Of a stretch of 64,000 bases of DNA, positions 62,853-64,000 are shown one piece after another. Numbering within the stretch: position 1 is the stretch's first letter; each line of letters starts with the position of its first letter. The notes beneath the pieces were generated by a model. The model saw only the letters and a program-made list of their open reading frames with translations. It was not told the origin of the DNA and ran no database searches. Source of the DNA: Candidatus Falkowbacteria bacterium (lineage in GTDB: Bacteria > Patescibacteriota > Patescibacteriia > Patescibacteriales > WJLG01). The stretch spans positions 5,618-69,617 of the forward strand of contig CAVVFV010000010.1 in NCBI GenBank assembly GCA_963747695.1, written 5' to 3'. The position numbers and the translations under genes were made by a program.

Positions 62853-63362
62853 TTATTTCAAGCATCTTAACTCGAAATATATTTCATCATAAATATTAAA
62901 CAAAAAAATCTTCCAAAATTTCTTCCCGGGGAGCAAATTTCTCAACTTGTGCCGCCAATCGACTGAATAATTATAAAACTCCGCCTTTTCCACTTTGAAA
63001 CGGGCCGAAGAATAAAAAGAGAAATAATGATCGCTGGAAAAATAAGAGAAAGTGTCCTCGGTAAAAAAATTGCGGTGGGTCGGATCCTTAAAGGCCGCGT
63101 CGCTCTTGGCATACGGCACGCGAATCTTTACCAGCCCGTTAGGTTCGAGGAGCCGGTGGATTTCCTCCATTGTCGGCAGCAAAGACGCGACGTGTTCCAG
63201 AACATTATCAGCGACGATCTCAGACACTGAACTGTCGGCAAAAGGATAGGGCCGGACGTCCAGATCGTGGACAATATCAGTCGCTTCAGTTTTTATCCGA
63301 TCGACGCCAAGGTAACCAGGAACCCTTTTTTGGCCGCAGCCGAGATTTAGTTTTATTGTCAT
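62853..63362 (-). CDS. class I SAM-dependent methyltransferase
   Basis: 169 aa. 'LNLGCGQKRVPGYLGVD' (motif I) and 'VADNVLEH'. Confidence 0.8.
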   Translation of the reverse strand: MTIKLNLGCGQKRVPGYLGVDRIKTEATDIVHDLDVRPYPFADSSVSEIVADNVLEHVASLLPTMEEIHRLLEPNGLVKIRVPYAKSDAAFKDPTHRNFFTEDTFSYFSSDHYFSFYSSARFKVEKAEFYNYSVDWRHKLRNLLPGKKFWKIFLFNIYDEIYFELRCLK

Positions 63363-63870
63363 AAAAAAATTTCAAATAGAATTCCCGCAATAATTTGGCA
63401 TCATCCAGCGCATGGTGCTCGCGGTATTTTTTCCAGTCAATGCCCATTTTCTCAAAAGTGCCGTCACGGTCGGCATCGCCGAAATCTTCCGGGTTCTTAC
63501 CTAAGGCGAAGAACATCGAGGAGATATCGATGGTGATCCAGTGGAAAATATTGGTCTTTCCCGGCCCCATGATATTTTTCAGATAGACCGCATCGTAATT
63601 ATCGATGTAAGAAAGCAAGAATGGCGTGCTGGATCCGGCGAATTTTTTTATTTGCTTCAAGGCCTCGCCCGGACTGATCTTGTCGCCGGTCAAAAGTGGA
63701 ATGACATTTTCCTTCACCCATTCATCAGGCTCAACCGTGCTTTCCAATTCCAAATATAATTCCTCGCCGTTCATCTTAACCATGCCGATCGACAAAAGCT
63801 CCCCTCGCTTGGTATCAAAGGAAGAGAATTCCGAATCGTAAAAGATTATATTATCGGAAAAAGGCTCCAT
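63286..63870 (-). CDS. DEDD-family 3'-5' exonuclease-like protein
   Basis: 194 aa. 'IIFYDSEFSS' (Exo I), 'HHALDDAKLL' (Exo III). The 3' end overlaps the next gene by 77 nt. Confidence 0.7.
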   Translation of the reverse strand: MEPFSDNIIFYDSEFSSFDTKRGELLSIGMVKMNGEELYLELESTVEPDEWVKENVIPLLTGDKISPGEALKQIKKFAGSSTPFLLSYIDNYDAVYLKNIMGPGKTNIFHWITIDISSMFFALGKNPEDFGDADRDGTFEKMGIDWKKYREHHALDDAKLLREFYLKFFYDNKTKSRLRPKKGSWLPWRRSDKN

Positions 63871-63900
63871 ACTTTAAAAATATATTTTATAATTCTCCTT

Positions 63901-64000
63901 TTATTTCTTTTTCCAGTCGATTTAAAAAACTCCGGTGATATTCAAGCCGTTCGCGTCCGATTTCTTTGGCCCGCTCAGTCTGCAATTTATCCACCAGAAG
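63901..64000 (-). CDS. 3' end of a truncated ORF that continues beyond the window
   Basis: Open frame to the window edge, ending '...RERLEYHRSFLNRLEKEIK*' (read by eye). No function call. Confidence 0.35.

Overview
This 64-kb segment reads like a small-genome Candidate Phyla Radiation (Patescibacteria/Parcubacteria-type) bacterium. That placement is an inference from gene content: pilin-like two-TM modules fused to huge extracellular proteins, several four-helix-bundle 'IVS protein' genes, a minimal housekeeping set, and the standard genetic code with TGA stops. All but three protein genes lie on the minus strand.

Content from left to right:
- A surface-protein island (558..16518). It holds a cupredoxin-like anchored protein, a 766-aa fibre-like repeat protein, two TSP3-repeat proteins, and two tandem paralogous cysteine-rich proteins (1,774 and 1,023 aa) that share a TrbC/VirB2-like 'pilin' N-terminus. 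These are interleaved with dgkA, ybeY and three four-helix-bundle genes.
- Housekeeping genes: rel, rpsU, hisS, lepB, a sigma-region-4 protein, ruvC and yebC.
- One 19,692-nt ORF (6,563 aa) with 11 beta-helix modules plus FN3, Ig and beta-sandwich domains.
- A nucleotide-metabolism block: ndk, purF, an MBL/ComEC-like gene, purA, guaB and purH.
- rpsT and a four-tRNA array (Ile-GAT, fMet-CAT, Phe-GAA, Pro-TGG).
- An M16 peptidase, an O-antigen-ligase-like protein, rmuC, DUF1653, a methyltransferase and a DEDD exonuclease.

The most striking non-genic signal is in the intergenic gaps. Nearly every gap is a long hairpin built from one of about seven simple-sequence families. Three of these hairpins carry a four-helix-bundle ORF in the loop, which is the architecture of an rRNA intervening sequence but with no rRNA present. 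Sequence-matched 'empty' hairpins occur at other gaps. GC-rich REP-like palindromes are also present, and some lie in frame inside ORFs.

I saw no CRISPR array, rRNA, transposase, integrase or reverse transcriptase. All homology calls come from motif recognition by eye; no searches or folding programs were run.
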